From Eledone cirrhosa (taxonomy: Eukaryota), in NCBI GenBank assembly GCA_964016885.1, contig OZ024745.1, positions 76,880,001 to 76,944,000 of the forward strand: 64,000 nt of DNA, read 5' to 3'. The notes beneath the pieces are model-generated. The model ran no database searches. It was given only the letters and a program-made list of their open reading frames with translations, and was not told the origin of the DNA. Shown here in pieces: positions 13,381 to 26,190 of this stretch. Both the position numbers and the translations under genes were made by a program. Numbering within the stretch: position 1 is the first letter of the stretch; each line of letters opens with the position of its first letter.

Positions 13381-16300
13381 TTACAGACACATACTCAGAG
13401 AAGGCCCATTCATTCGGGCCATACTTGCTTCTCTCACCCATCTTTCAACAAAATGCTGGGAAGAGAGCACTTCCCTCTCTACCCTGATATTCCTTTTCAA
13501 ATGAAATTTGAAAAAGTCAATCAGAGCATCACCGAAGAGGTAAGTGCTCGTCTTCAGCCCTTTCAAACGTGTCCACCATACTATCTCTTTCGCCATGGCC
13601 ACCAGACAGATAAAAACTGCCTGCCCTTCCCGGCTAAAGGAAGAGGGCGGGGCAGTCATCACGAGGGCCTCAGCTGATAGCTGGATCCGTCCTACACGTG
13701 ACAGCAGGTGTTCGACATAAACCCACAAGTCAGCAATACTCGGACACTGGACGAGTGCGTGCAGGACGGTTTCGTCGCCCTGTGCGCATCTCGGATATGC
13801 CCGGCTGACGCCACCTCCATGCCTGTAGAGTTTATCCCGAACTGGCAAAGCTCCCCGGTAGCACTGCCAGGCCAGGGATTTCTGGAAGTTGTCCATAGGC
13901 CCCGACCCGAAAGTCCTTCCGAAGAGATTGGCTAGTTGATTTTCGTCGACGCCTAGAGTTTCCCCAAGTACGTCGTCGCTCTTCCCCTCCACTAATCCTC
14001 TATAGAACGCCAAGGTGGAGTTTCCACCGATCACATTGCCCGATTGGTCGAGAGCTGTGAGCGCCTGAAGACATTCCAGTCTCTAAGCGCTCCCTCTCGG
14101 TCTTCGCTTGACCCAAGACTTCAGCTCCGTCAAGGAGACGAGCTGGGGAAAGACGCGTCGAGCAAACGGAGACCACACCTGATCACCGTCGAGGAAGAGG
14201 TGGAGATGTCGTAGCCTGAGCGCGTGTCTGTGCATCATCAGCCACGGCATTCCAAGCCCTCCACGTAGCGGGTGTTGACAGCAGATGGACCGCCTGACCA
14301 TCGGAGCGCGTCCCTTCCACAAAAAGCGAAAGAGCAAACGCTCCAGCGCAGTCAGGCGAGGCTTAGGACAAGGTACGACGGTCAGTCGGTAGTAGATGAC
14401 GGACGCGATATACGCGTTAGCCACCTCCGCTCGACCTTTCAGGGATAGCTTCCTCTCGGCCCATTTCTGAGTGAGAGAAGCCACTCTGCTATCACCTCGT
14501 CCCAGTTTTTGTCCGTCTGGACATCCGGACCGAACCAGACCCCGAGCAATTTAACTGGTCCGTCCGTCCAGCGCCCGACGACGCTGTTGGACGGCATGGA
14601 CCTGCCTCTCCAGGTGCCGAGCTGCAGGCCCACTGACTTTTCCTGGTTGATCATTGCTCCTGTCACCGCTTCGTATTCTCTTAGTGTAGTGCCGATCGCC
14701 TCGATGTGTTTGGCGTTCGACACCACTACGGTGACATCGTCCGCATATGCTGACACGGATCTTCCGCATCCTAGTTCGCGCGGGACCCCCCTCAACGTCT
14801 CCAGTTTGTGCAGTAATGGCTCGAGAGTCAATACGTACAAGAGGGACGAGAGGGGACATCCTTGGCGGACCGAGCGCATAATGTTGAACGGATCCGAAAG
14901 GTGACCGTTCACTCTCACCACAGAGCAGATGTCGCTGTGCATGGCAGCGATCCAGCCTCTGAAGACGGGCCCAAAGCCAGCCGCCCTCGGGACTGCCGCT
15001 AGGTAACGATGGTCGACCCTATCGAAAGCTTTCGACTGATCTAAATTGATCAAGGACCCACCAGTGCCAGGTTCCCTAGCTACCCTCTCTACGATGTATC
15101 GCATGAGGTGGAGGTTGTCGTGGATGGATCTGTCGGGAATGGCGCATGTCTGCGCCTCTCCCACCAGACCACCAACGACAAGCGCCAACCTGTTTGCTAG
15201 CACCTTGGATCCTTTCTCAGCAGCGCCACAGCTCCTCGGCTCACAGAGCTGGGAATTCTCCCGTTCTGTTGCCAGTTACAGTAGACGTCCGCCAAGAGGC
15301 CTCCGAACAAGTCTGGCATCTGTACGTAAAGTTCATAGGGCAGACCATCCAAACCAAGCGATTTACCCCTTGTGCAGCCAGTCATTGCCTCCCGTACTTC
15401 AGCGGCTGTTATCGGCTTTTCGCAACACTCCGCCTCAGTGGCCGAGAGCCGCGGCAGTCCGTCGACGTAGACACTAAAGTCCATCCCTCGATCCGGCCCG
15501 CCGCTGCCCCCGAACAGCTGTGCGAAGTGTCGCTGAAAAGCTTCACACATTTGCCCGAGATCGAGAAGCATGCGCCCGTCGTGGTCTACCAAAGACCGGA
15601 TCGTGGCTTTGTTGCCACGACGCGCCTCCGCCACTCGGGCCCATTGAACGGCTTTCGTCCCCTCGTGTCTGAGAGCACGCACCCTAGCTCTGACAACGCA
15701 GCCTTCGTGCTTTGCATTGAAGAATTGGTCAAGGGCCAATTTCGCCGCAAGTACGTCGGTCGCGATGCCTTTGCTAAGCGCCTCGTCTAATTTTCTAACT
15801 AATTCTCCCTCTGCTCTATTTTTCTCTATTGCTAAAGCCTTACTAAACCTAATGACTCTATTCTAATTGCTCTTTTCAGAGCAAACCACCACTTGTTGTT
15901 GACGATGGCCCCCGTCAACGCCCGCTTAACTAGTTCGCTAATCCGGTCTCTGTAGGCCTTGCACGCTGGTAAGGACGCGTTTAGCTTCCAGTAGCCGGGT
16001 CCTCGTCTATGAAGCCTATCTAAGTCAAGCACACAGATCACGAATTTGTGGTCCGTGTAGCTGACTATCTTGAATTGTGGACAGCCTATGCTAGACCTAT
16101 CTATTTCCCTACAAAATACTCTATCTAGATATGATCTGGATGACCCTATCCGATTTGTCCAAGTCCACATTGGCACATTCGGGAAATCCAATCGGTACCT
16201 GTCAGACAGTTCAAAACGCCTGAGCAGGTTGATGAGGCTCTTGCACCCTCCTCCCCTATCCGCTTATCCCACACAGTCCCAGCGTGCATCTAAGATCCCG

Positions 16301-16728
16301 TTCCAGTCGCCCACTAACACTAAAGAGCGGGACGTTCCAAGAAAGGTCTCCAGATGCCGGAAGAAATCAGGCCGCCCTGCTCCTGTCGGGGAATAGACGG
16401 CCACTAGCCTGAAAGCTTGCCCGTCTCCACTGGTCACGTCTAGCACCACCAACTTACCTTCTGGGTCCAGGAAGATGGCCCGTATGGCGAGATCCAAACC
16501 TCTCCGAAAAAGCACAGCAACTCCTGCCCCCGATCTCGGACGGCTGGGAGATGCGTACACATCGTAGACGCCGAAGATCGGTGCGAAGGCCCGCGCTTCG
16601 GAGATTCTGGTCTCGCTGATGGCCACTACATCTATGTTTAGTGACCTGAGGTCGTTGAGCAGGTGGCCCTGCTTCCATGACGACCCCAAGCCACGCGCAT
16701 TTATGCTGCCTATTCTGAGTGAGGTCAT
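13381..16728 (-). pseudogene. Tx1 copy A ORF2 (APE endonuclease, reverse transcriptase, zinc finger), frameshifted
   Basis: GSINARGL, AISET, VYSP, GDWN, SYLDRV, TDHK, GYWKLN; RT LDQSKAFDRVDH, VRQGCPLS, YADD; C-terminal PRCAQGDETVLHALVQCP. Stops, frameshifts and a deletion after LLRKDP relative to copy C. Confidence 0.92.
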
Positions 16729-16801
16729 GTTGAAATGGAGTGGAAAAGATGGGAAAGACCACTTGCCTTACTTCTCGTTGAGGAAGGATGGTTTCTCCAT
16801 C

Positions 16802-18657
16802 CTATTCACTGCTTGTGGCCTCCTCCGGAAGGATGTCCTTATAAATCCTCCTGGAGAGTGTTTGTCGGAAGTCTTCGATGTCTTTGGGGAATTGTTGTTT
16901 TAGTGTCGTGTACGTTTTCTGTGTGATGCGAGTGATTTGCATGTGTGGAGGGGGTGTGAACTTTTGGGTTGTTGTGTAGTCTTTTTCTGTGATGCTGGTG
17001 TTGCGTTGGATGTAGTGTAATAATTGGTTGTTGTTCAAATTTAATGCTGTGTAGTGTGTATCGTTTTGGTTGTTTTGTTTTGTTTGCGTTTGTTGTGGGT
17101 TTGTTTCTGTTTCGCTTTTTGGTGACTTTTGTGGTGTTGGTGATGGTGGTGTTGGGGTTAATGATGGTGATGGTGTTGGTGTTTGTGGTGATGGGGTTGG
17201 TGATGCTGGTGTGGATGGTGGCATATCTGTCCTAACTTTTTTGTTTGATAGTTTATTTGTTTCCCTCTGTATTTTGTTTTTGGAGGGGGAGGGAAGAGAA
17301 TTTTTTCTTTTTTGGTTTCTTTTTTTCTTTTTTTCCTGATACCGTTTCCCACTCCTTGTCGTCATAATCTGTCTCCAGTGGTGATAGGCCGGGGAGTGGA
17401 AAATCTTCCACAGGCGTTGGTTTTAGTTGTGGCGTGGTGGATGATGTAGGCGCTGGTGCTAGTTCTGGCGCGTTGGGTGGTGGTGGTGTTGGTTTTGCTA
17501 CTGTTGCTGGGGTTGTTGCTGTTACAGTTGCTTCTGTTGTTGCTGCTATAGTTGTTGCTGCCATCTCTGCTGCTGGTGGTGTTGATGGTTGAGTCACTGG
17601 GGTGCGTAGGAGAGGTGGCCTCAACCTTTTAGCCTGAGGGCAGAAAGTCCTTAGGTGGGTTCCTTCACCACAAACGACACACCTAGGCCTTCTGCCCTCG
17701 ACAGTTACGGTGAGGTGGCTGCCGTCAGTGAGGTCTATTACCTCTGGGTATCTCCTCAATGCTTTTTTGGTCCGCTTGGATCAGGAGCTCCATCCCAGAT
17801 CCGGACCAGTTCTCCTGCTTTTCTTTCGCTATTTCGATTATCTTGGTGTTGGCTTCGATGCCGACGAGGACGGCAGCTATTAGCCAGGGAATTTCGATGG
17901 CCGGTGGAACGTGGGTGACCCTGATCTTTACGAGTCTCTGGCCACAATAGCTTGGAACGAGTGTGAAGTCGTCACTTCTTAATGGGGCCATGGAGGGTTC
18001 TCTAGCCTCCTGTGCTGTTTCAAAGAACACGTCCACGGTTCCATATTTCTGCCCACGTCTGATGTGGGGTTTTTTTGCCCACACATGTCCCAATGCTTTT
18101 TGTATTTGGGACTCGGATGCCCGTTCCACTCGGCGCGATTTTATATTAATTGTTCGATAAGACACGGTGCATAGGCGCCGATGCTCCATTTTATTAGGGG
18201 GGGGGGGGGCTGACTCTGTACCCATCTTTCTTTACCATTTTAATGACATTAAGAAAACCACCCTGGCAAAATTCAGGGTGGTTTTCTTAATGTCATTGTT
18301 GCTGTTGTTGTTATCGTTATTTTTGTTATTATTAATTTTAGTTTCAGTTGTGGTAGTGGTGGCGTCAATGGTGTTCGGTGTCGAAGAGTTCATTTTGGTT
18401 GAATTCATTTCGATATCACGAGTTAATTTATTTTTTTCTTTTGTTTCTGTTGTCGCGGTGGTGGTGATGGTGGTGGTGGTGGTGGCTGTAATACCTGCAG
18501 TCATTGGTAATGGCGGGAAATGAATGTCTGCCTGCGACAAATTTAAAATATTGCTACTGCTTATATTTTTAGTGTTGGCAAACGTAGTAATATTTACAAT
18601 GGTGGTGTCGGTGTGAGGTGTTAGTTTGTGAGGAAGGAGTGACTCTGAGTCATCCAT
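16802..18657 (-). pseudogene. Tx1 copy A ORF1 (Gag-like, CCHC knuckle), frameshifted
   Basis: RRPRCVVCGEGTHLRTFCP is CX2CX4HX4C; Thr/Asn- and Pro-rich linkers; ORF pieces 18232-18657, 17725-18225, 17253-17759 and 16802-17365. Confidence 0.85.
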
Positions 18658-18895
18658 GATTTTTCAAAGAAAAAGTTTTGTTTGATAATTATAAAATTAT
18701 AAATTTTGGGCTCAAGGCCCCAATCTTTTTAGGTGTCCTTTTCAGATAACAATGTATGTGCACTTATATACAGTTAACAATAAAAATTTTTCATGAATGG
18801 CAATTTTAAACAACTGAAAATAACAAACCTTTGCGGAGCTCACGATGATACGATTTACTACGTAGGTCGCCAATAATCATAATAATAATAATAAT

Positions 18896-19550
18896 GATTT
18901 CTTTATTGGCCACAAGGGCTGACATCAAGAAAAACATTACAGACGGCGCAGGACGGTACAGGACGGTACGATGTGGGTTTTGTGCGTGTAAAGATTTTTA
19001 TTATTTATATAAGAAAAGAAAAAAAAGGACATAGAAACATATATATATATATAAACGATAAAAAGGAAAATTGAAACAATGAAAAATTCCCCAATAGGGG
19101 GCAAACCTCCGAGGGTTACTCGTGGGGAAAACCACACAAAAGACCACGGCCACCCTGACCACCAGGGCAAGCGCCCTCTCTCAATTTTTTCCATCTCTCA
19201 AACTACAGACGTATATTCAGTCACTCGGACCATTCTCGCTACATTCACCCATCTTTCAACAAACTTGCTAGAAGGCAGCACTTGCCTCTCCATCCTGATT
19301 TTCCTCTTCAAGTGAAACTTGAAAAAGTTAATTAGGGATTCGCCGAAGAGGAAAGTGTCTGTCTTTAACCCTTTTAACCTTGTCCACCACACAATCCCTT
19401 TCGCCATGGCCACCAGGCAGATGAAAACCGCCTGCCCTTCCTCCTCGAAGGAAGACGGCGAGTCCATCTGCACAATGGACTCAGTCGATAACCGGATCAC
19501 GACAGCAACTGTTCGACATAGCTCCACAAGTCGGCAATGCTCGGACACTG
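18896..19550 (-). mobile_element. 5'-truncated Tx1 copy B (ORF2 C-terminus and 3' UTR)
   Basis: EEGQAVFICLVAMAKGIVWWTRLKGLK..FHLKRKIRMER; ends CCCTTGTGGCCAATAAAGAAATC followed by (ATT)n. Confidence 0.9.
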
Positions 19551-19814
19551 TTGGTTTCTTTATTGGCCACACGGGATGACATGAAGAAAAACATTAGAGA
19601 CGGCACGGAACAGTACAGGACGATACAAAATGGGTTTTGGTCGTGTAAACAGGTTATAACAAAATCGGGCTAGAAATCCCCCAAAATACAAACAACAAAA
19701 ATTCCCCAAGAAGGGGGAAACCTCCGAGGGTCAGTCGTGGTGAAAACCACACAAAAACCACGGCTGCCTTGACCACCAGGGCAAGCGCCCTCTCTCACTT
19801 TTCCCACTCCTCAG

Positions 19815-22800
19815 TCTACAGGCGCGTACTCAGAGCGGGTCCGTTCACTCGAACCAGACTCGCCACTTCCACCCACCTTTCAACAAACTTATTAGAAGAC
19901 AGCACTTGCCTCTCCACCCTGATTTTCCTATTCAAGTGAAACTTGAAAAAGTTAATCAGGGATTGGCCGGAGGGGAAGTGTCCGTCTTCAACCCTTTCAA
20001 TCTAGTCCACCACACTATCTCTTTCGCCATGGCCACCAGGCAGATGAAAACTGCCTGCCCTTCCTCCTCTTTAAAGGAGGATGGCGGGACTATCTGCACA
20101 ATGGACTCGATAACCAGATCCGTCCTACACGCGACAGCAGCTGTTCGACATAGCTCCACAAGTCAGCAATCCTCGGGCACTGAACGAGTGCGTGCAGGAC
20201 GGTTTCGTCGCCCTGCGCGCATCTCGGACAGGCTCGGCTGATAGCACCTCCATGCCTGTAGAGCTTATCCCGAACCGGCAACGCTCCTCGGTAGCACTGC
20301 CAGGCCAGGGATTTCTGGAAGTTGTCCATAGGCCCCGGTCTGAAAGTTCTCTTGAAGAGAGCGAACAGCTGATCGTCTTCGAAGCCTAGGGTCTCTACGA
20401 GAACGTCGTCGCTCTTTCCCTCCACTAGTCCTCTATAGAAAGCCGAGGTGGATGTTCCACCGATACTCTTGCCCAACCGGTAGAGGGCGGTGAGCGCTTG
20501 GAGACATTCCAGCTTCCAAGCACTATCCCTCGGTCTTTTCCTGATCCAGGACTGCAGCTCCGTCAAGGAGACGAGCTGGGGAAAAGCGCGCCTGGCAAAC
20601 GGCGACGACACCTGTTCACCGTCAAGGAAGCACCAGAGTTGTCGCAGCCTCAGCGGATGTTTGCGCATCATCAGCCACGTCATGCCTAGTCCTCCACGCA
20701 ACGGGTATTGACAGCAAATGGATCGTCTGACCATGGGAGCACGTCCCTTCCACAAAAAGCGGAAGAGGAGGCGCTCCATTTTGGTCAGAGTTGGGCGGTG
20801 GCAAGGTACGACGGTCAAGCGGTAGCAGATGACGGACGCTATGTACGCATTCGCCACCTCCGCCCGACCTTTCTGGGTGAGAGAGCCCATTTCTGGGTGA
20901 GAGAGGCCACCCTGCTCGTCAACTCACTCCAGTTTTTCTTCATCTGGAGGTCCGGACCGAACCAGACCCAATTTAACCGGTCCTTCCATCCAGCGCCCCA
21001 CGACGCTGTCGGACGGCATGGACTTGCCTCTCCAAGTGCCGAGTTGCAAGCCTACCGACTTTTCCTGGTTTATCGTTGCTCCTTTCACCGCTTCGTATGG
21101 AGAGCGGTGCCGAGCATCTGGACGTGTTTGGTGCTCGACACCACCACAGTGACGTCGTCGGCGTAAGCAGACACGGATCTCCCGTATCCCAGTTCGCGTG
21201 GGATCCCCCTCATCGTCTCCAATTTGTGTAATAACGGCTCGAGGGCCAGTACGTACAAGAGGGATGAGAGGGGCAACCCTGGCGGACCGAGCGCATGATT
21301 CTGAAAGGCTGCGACCATTCACCCTCACAATCGAGCAGATGTCGCTCTGCATCGCAACGATCCAGCCCCTAAAAACGGGCCCGAAGCCGGCCGCCTCGAG
21401 GACCGCAGCCAGGTACCGATGGTCGACCCTATCAAATGCTTTAGATTGATCCAAGTTGATCAGGGTCCCACCCGTGCCAGGTTCCTTAACCACCCTCTCT
21501 ATGATGTATTGCATGAGATGGAGGTTGTCGTGGATGGATCTGTCCGGGATGTCTTGCGCCTCTCCCACCAGATCACCGACCACAAGCGCCAATCTCTTTG
21601 CTAACACCTTGGCCAAAATCTTAAACTCTGCGTTTAGCAGAGTTATGGGTCTGAAGTTGTCTATAACGTCCCCCTTGTTCGGGTCTTTTCTCAGCAGCGG
21701 CACCGCTCCCCGGCCCACAAAACTGGGAATGCTCCCGTTCTGCTGCCAGTTGTAGTAGACATCTGCCAAGAGGTAGCCGAACAAGTCTGGCATATACGCA
21801 TAAAGCTCGTAGGGCAGACCATCCAAACTTGGCGATTTACCCCTCGTGCAGTCAGACATCGCACCCCGTATTTCACCTGCTGTTATCGGCTTTTCGCAGC
21901 ACTGCGCTGCGGTCGTCGTGAGCCGCGGCAGTCCGTCGAGATATGTACCGAAGTCCATACTCCGATCCGGCCCGCCACCGCAATTGAGCAAAGTGCTTTG
22001 AAAAGCCGCACACATTTCTCGGTTCGAGCAACATGCACCCGTTTTTATCAGGCAAAGACCGAATTGTGAACTTGTTGCCACGTCGCGCCTCCACCACCCG
22101 GGCCCATTGAACGGCTTTCGTCCCCGCGTGTCTTAGAGCACGCGTTCTAGCTCTGACAACACAGCCTTCATGCTTTGCGTTGAAGAATTGGTAGTGCCAA
22201 TCTCGCCGCAGGCACGACAGTTGCCTGTCCTAAACGCCTCTTCTCGCTTTCTAACTAACTCTCCCTCTACTCTATTTTCCTCTATCACTACTCCTTTTCT
22301 AAACCTTATCGATTCTACTCTAATAGCCCTTTTCAGAGTAAACCACTACCTGTTGTTGACGATCGCACCCGTCAACGCACGCTTAACTAATTCGCTAATC
22401 CGGTGTCTGTAAGCTTTGCGCGCCGGGAATGACGCGTTCAGCTTCCAGTAGCCGGGCCCTTGCCTATGGAGTCTATCTAAGTCAATTTCACAGATCACAA
22501 ATTTGTGGTCCGTGTAATCGACTACTTTAAATTGTGGACAACCTACACTAGCCTTATCTGTTTCCCTACAGAATACCCTATCTAAATACGATCTGGATGA
22601 CCTGAAGCAGTTTGCCCATGTCCACATTGGCACGTTCGGATAATCCAGTCTATACTTGTCAAACAGTTCAAAGGTTGTTGAGGCTTTTACACCCTCCTGC
22701 CCTGTCTACTAGCCCCACATAATTCCAGCGTGCATCTAAGATACCGTTCCAGTCGCCCACTAACACTAAAGAGCGGGTCGTTCCAAGAAAGTCTCTAGAC

Positions 22801-23173
22801 GTCTGAAGAAATCTGGCCGTCCTGCCCCTGTTGGGACGTATACGGCTACTAGCCTGAAAGCATTGCCTTCGCTGCCGGTCATGCCCAGCAACATCGACTT
22901 ACCTTCTGGGTCCAGGAAGATGGGCCGTATGGCGAGATCCAAGCCTCTCCGAAAAAGCACGGCAACCCCTCCCCCCGATCCTGGACGGCTGGGAGATGCG
23001 TATACATCGTAGCCGCCGAAGATCGGTGCGAAAGCTCGTGCTTCAGAGATTCTGGTCTCGCTGATGGCCACCACATCTATGTTTAGTGACCTGAAGTCGT
23101 TGAGCAGGTGACCCTGCTTCCAAGATGACCCCAGGCCACGTACATTTATACCGCCTATTCTAAATACGGCCAT
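19815..23173 (-). pseudogene. Tx1 copy C ORF2 (APE, RT, zinc finger), frameshifted
   Basis: MAVFRIGGINVRGLG, AISET, SYLDRV, TDHK, NFRPITLLNAEFKILAKVLAKRL, DQSKAFDRVDH, YADD, CPRCAQGDETVLHALVQCP. Confidence 0.92.
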
Positions 23174-23249
23174 GTTGGATGAAAAACGGGGTAAGTGAGA
23201 AAAGATAACTTACTTTGATCGTGTGGTGAAGGGACAGTAGAACCGTCCC

Positions 23250-25020
23250 TTTCGCTGCTCATAGGTGTTTCCAAGAGGATATCGGTGTATATCCTCTTGG
23301 TAACCGACCCTCTGAAGTCTCCAACTGCGTTGGGGAATTTTTGCTTTAAAAGTGTGTAATGTTCTATTGAGATTTCAATGATGCTTATGTTTGTCGGGAG
23401 AGTTCTTGGTGTTGGTGGGGTGTAGTAGTTTTTTTTCTGTGATGTCTGTGTGTTGCTTTATGTGTTGTAGGAATTCTTTATTTGCCATATTTATGGCTGT
23501 GTACTTTTTGGGGGGGAGGGGCGATTTTGTTGCTGTTTTCTTGTTGTTGCTGTTGGGTGTGCGCGTTTTGTTGTGTTTGCGATGTTGGTGTTTTTGGTGA
23601 TGCTGGTGGTGGTGTGGTTGTTGTTGGTGGTGATGCTTGTGGTGGTGATAGTGATGGTGGTGGTGTTGCTGCAAGTCTCCTTGCAGCCTTTACCCCTCTT
23701 TGTCTGCCTTCGCTTTTGAAGTGTGAAGCTAAGGGTTTTTTTTTTGTGGCAGACTGTTTGCCACTTCCCTCCCACCTCACACTCCATGTCGGACTCCGCG
23801 GCGTCCGGGAGGGGCACGAGCTCCACTGCTGTTGGTGGTGGTAGTGGAGCCTGCTCCGGCGATTTTGCCGCCGGTGTAGCTACTGCGACTGTTAGTGTTG
23901 CCGCCACTGCTGCCGCTGCTTTAGTTGTCCGTGGCTTGGTATGGGTGCCACGGACGTTGCCCTCCTACTCACCATGGAAGGGTCTTCTGCCTCTGTTGCC
24001 TGCCCTGCTCTTGGTAGCAGCGGATCGGGCGTCGGAAGGAGGGGGCCCTCTTCTTGGCTGTCTTCTGCGGGCAGAAGGCCCTGAGGTGACCCTTTTGCCC
24101 ACAGTGATACCACTTTGGGCGCCTTCCTCCCACGCTTATAGGGAGTTGGAGTCCTTCCTGTAGGTTTATGATATCTGGGATGGCCTCGATGCACTCCTGG
24201 TCAGTTTGTATTAGCATTTGCATGCCTATACCTGACCAGTTCTCTCTTCCCATTCTCTGTATTTGCAGTATGGTGGTCTTCTCCTCGATTCCAGCCAGTA
24301 TAGACGTGGCCGGCCAAGGTATGGGCACGTCGGGCGGGTCCTGGGTCACTTTGACCCTCACAACAATTTTCTCCCCGCAGTAGAAGGGTACCAAGACTAT
24401 TTCCTCACTCTTTAGGGTTTCCAAAGAGTGAGACTTCGCCTCGGGGGGGGGGGGTAGTCTACTATGGTATACTTTTTGCCTCGAGTGATGTGGGTTTTGC
24501 GCACCCAGACGCACCCCAAGGCCTTTTGGATTTGAGCCTCCGTGGCTCTCTCTATCCGATGTGACATTTTCCTTACGGTACGGTAAGTCACCGTGCGTAG
24601 CTGCTGGTCCTTGAAAAAATCGGGTGGAGGTTTCAGGGAAACTATTGTAATTTCTTGTCACCATGGCCCTTGCGACTACCATCTCCTCCTCCGTGACTAG
24701 CACTGTTTCTATATTTCGGGCCATACCTGCGAAAGAAGTGGCCCCTTTTTCAACGGCACCATTATTGCTGCCGTTACTGCTGCTATTGGTCTTGTTGTTG
24801 GTGCTGTTGCTACTGTTACACACGGTGTTGTTGGTGCTGTTGCTGTTATCACTGTTGTAGTTGGTTGTGTTTTGGTGCCACCGTTGTTGTTGTTTTCGGT
24901 GCAATTTGTATTGTTGCTGTTGGTGTTGTCGTTGTTTATTTTCTGGTTAGTGATGTTAATATTGTAATTTTTTTCTGTTGTCTGTATTTTGGTTGATGCT
25001 ATTATTGTTGTAGTTGCCAT
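23250..25020 (-). pseudogene. Tx1 copy C ORF1, frameshifted
   Basis: RRPKWYHCGQKGHLRAFCP degenerate zinc knuckle; homologous to copy A ORF1 (ENWSGxGM..LIQxDQ). Confidence 0.85.
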
Positions 25021-25229
25021 GATTATTTTTTAATTTTTAAAAGTAAAATGTTCAAATATTTGGGCAAAAAGGCCAAATATTATACTTTCCCCATCGCAGG
25101 GCAAAGTCCAAGGGCTTATATCCCTTACACAACAAGAACAATTTAACAACAAATAATTATAACAGGTAAATAAAGCGACTTACTGGGAGCGAGCAAAAGA
25201 CGTCCGAACAGACCAATAAAAATAATAAT

Positions 25230-25605
25230 TGTTTCTACTTTTGGCACAAGGCCAGTAATTATCCCAGTGTATTACTGGTACTTTATTTTATCGACCCTGT
25301 AAGGATGAAAGGCAAAGTTAACCTCGGCAGGATTTGGTAACACTATGCTTCAAGGGTAACACTATGCTTCAAAGCATGGCGTCCGCCCCTCTACCGATAC
25401 TGCAATCTGATTTAGGCACAAGGCCAACAATTTTTGGGGAAAGGGAAAGTCGATTAAATCGACTCCAGTGCATTACAGGTACTTTATTTTATCGACCCCA
25501 TAAGGATGAAAGACAAAGTTAACCTCGGCGGGATTTGAACTCAGACTGTAAAGGGCCGTAACTCTATGCTGCAAAGCGTCGTGTCTACCAATAATGCCAA
25601 TCCAA
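25230..25605 (-). mobile_element. Two tandem Nin/Deu SINE copies
   Basis: Tail, core and B-box matches. Confidence 0.9.
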
Positions 25606-26009
25606 ATAATAGTATACATGTCATAGGTCTCTGGTTTTGACCCGTCTGGAAGATAAAATAAAATGGAAATCAAGCGAGCAATACTCTTGTTAACAATGGA
25701 TACGATAACGTGTGAAGTATGGTCTCTGATTAGAAGTTCTTCAGTGAGATCTTATAATATGCACCCAACATCCTCTGGGAAATACTTATTTTCTGCTGTG
25801 GTTTATTATTGGTGTGATTTTCTATAACATTATATCGCCTGAATTTTAAACTCTTACCCAGTTTCCTCCTCCCCAATCAACCTTCATAATTATACCTCAA
25901 AATGCCATTTTTTAAAAGTTCATGTCGACAGATGCTCGATTACAAGACACCATGCTGCTCTGTCGAGGAAAGGTGCCACCATCATCAATGTTGCTGCCAC
26001 AACCACCGG

Positions 26010-26190
26010 TCTGGCAGTATCGGTAGAGGGTCGGACGCCATGCTTTCCAGCATAGTTACGTCCCTTTACGATCTGAGTTCAACTCCCGCCGAGGTTGACT
26101 TTGCCTTTCATCCTTACGGGGTCGATAAAATAAAGTACCAGTAATGCACTGGGTAATTGCTGGCCTTGTGCCTAAAGTAGAAACAATTAT
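26010..26190 (+). mobile_element. Nin/Deu SINE
   Basis: TGGCAGTATCGG...GAGTTCAACTCCC...GGCCTTGTGCCTAAAGTAGAAACAATTATT. Confidence 0.92.

Larger units (their letters stand above)
13137..18871 (-). mobile_element. Full-length Tx1/L1-type non-LTR retrotransposon (copy A), inactivated
   Basis: ORF1 with zinc knuckle, ORF2 with APE endonuclease, RT and CCHC; 3' end CCCTTGTGGTTAATGAAGAAAAC; flanked on both sides by (AAT)n. Confidence 0.93.
19551..25214 (-). mobile_element. Full-length Tx1/L1-type retrotransposon (copy C), inactivated
   Basis: 3' end CCCGTGTGGCCAATAAAGAAAC. The 5' end GGTCTGTTCGGACG abuts AATAAAAATAATAAT at a SINE tail. Confidence 0.93.

Noticed and set aside
13381-25020. Active autonomous retrotransposon
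   Set aside because: Both full-length Tx1 copies have multiple frameshifts and stops, and copy A has an RT-region deletion.
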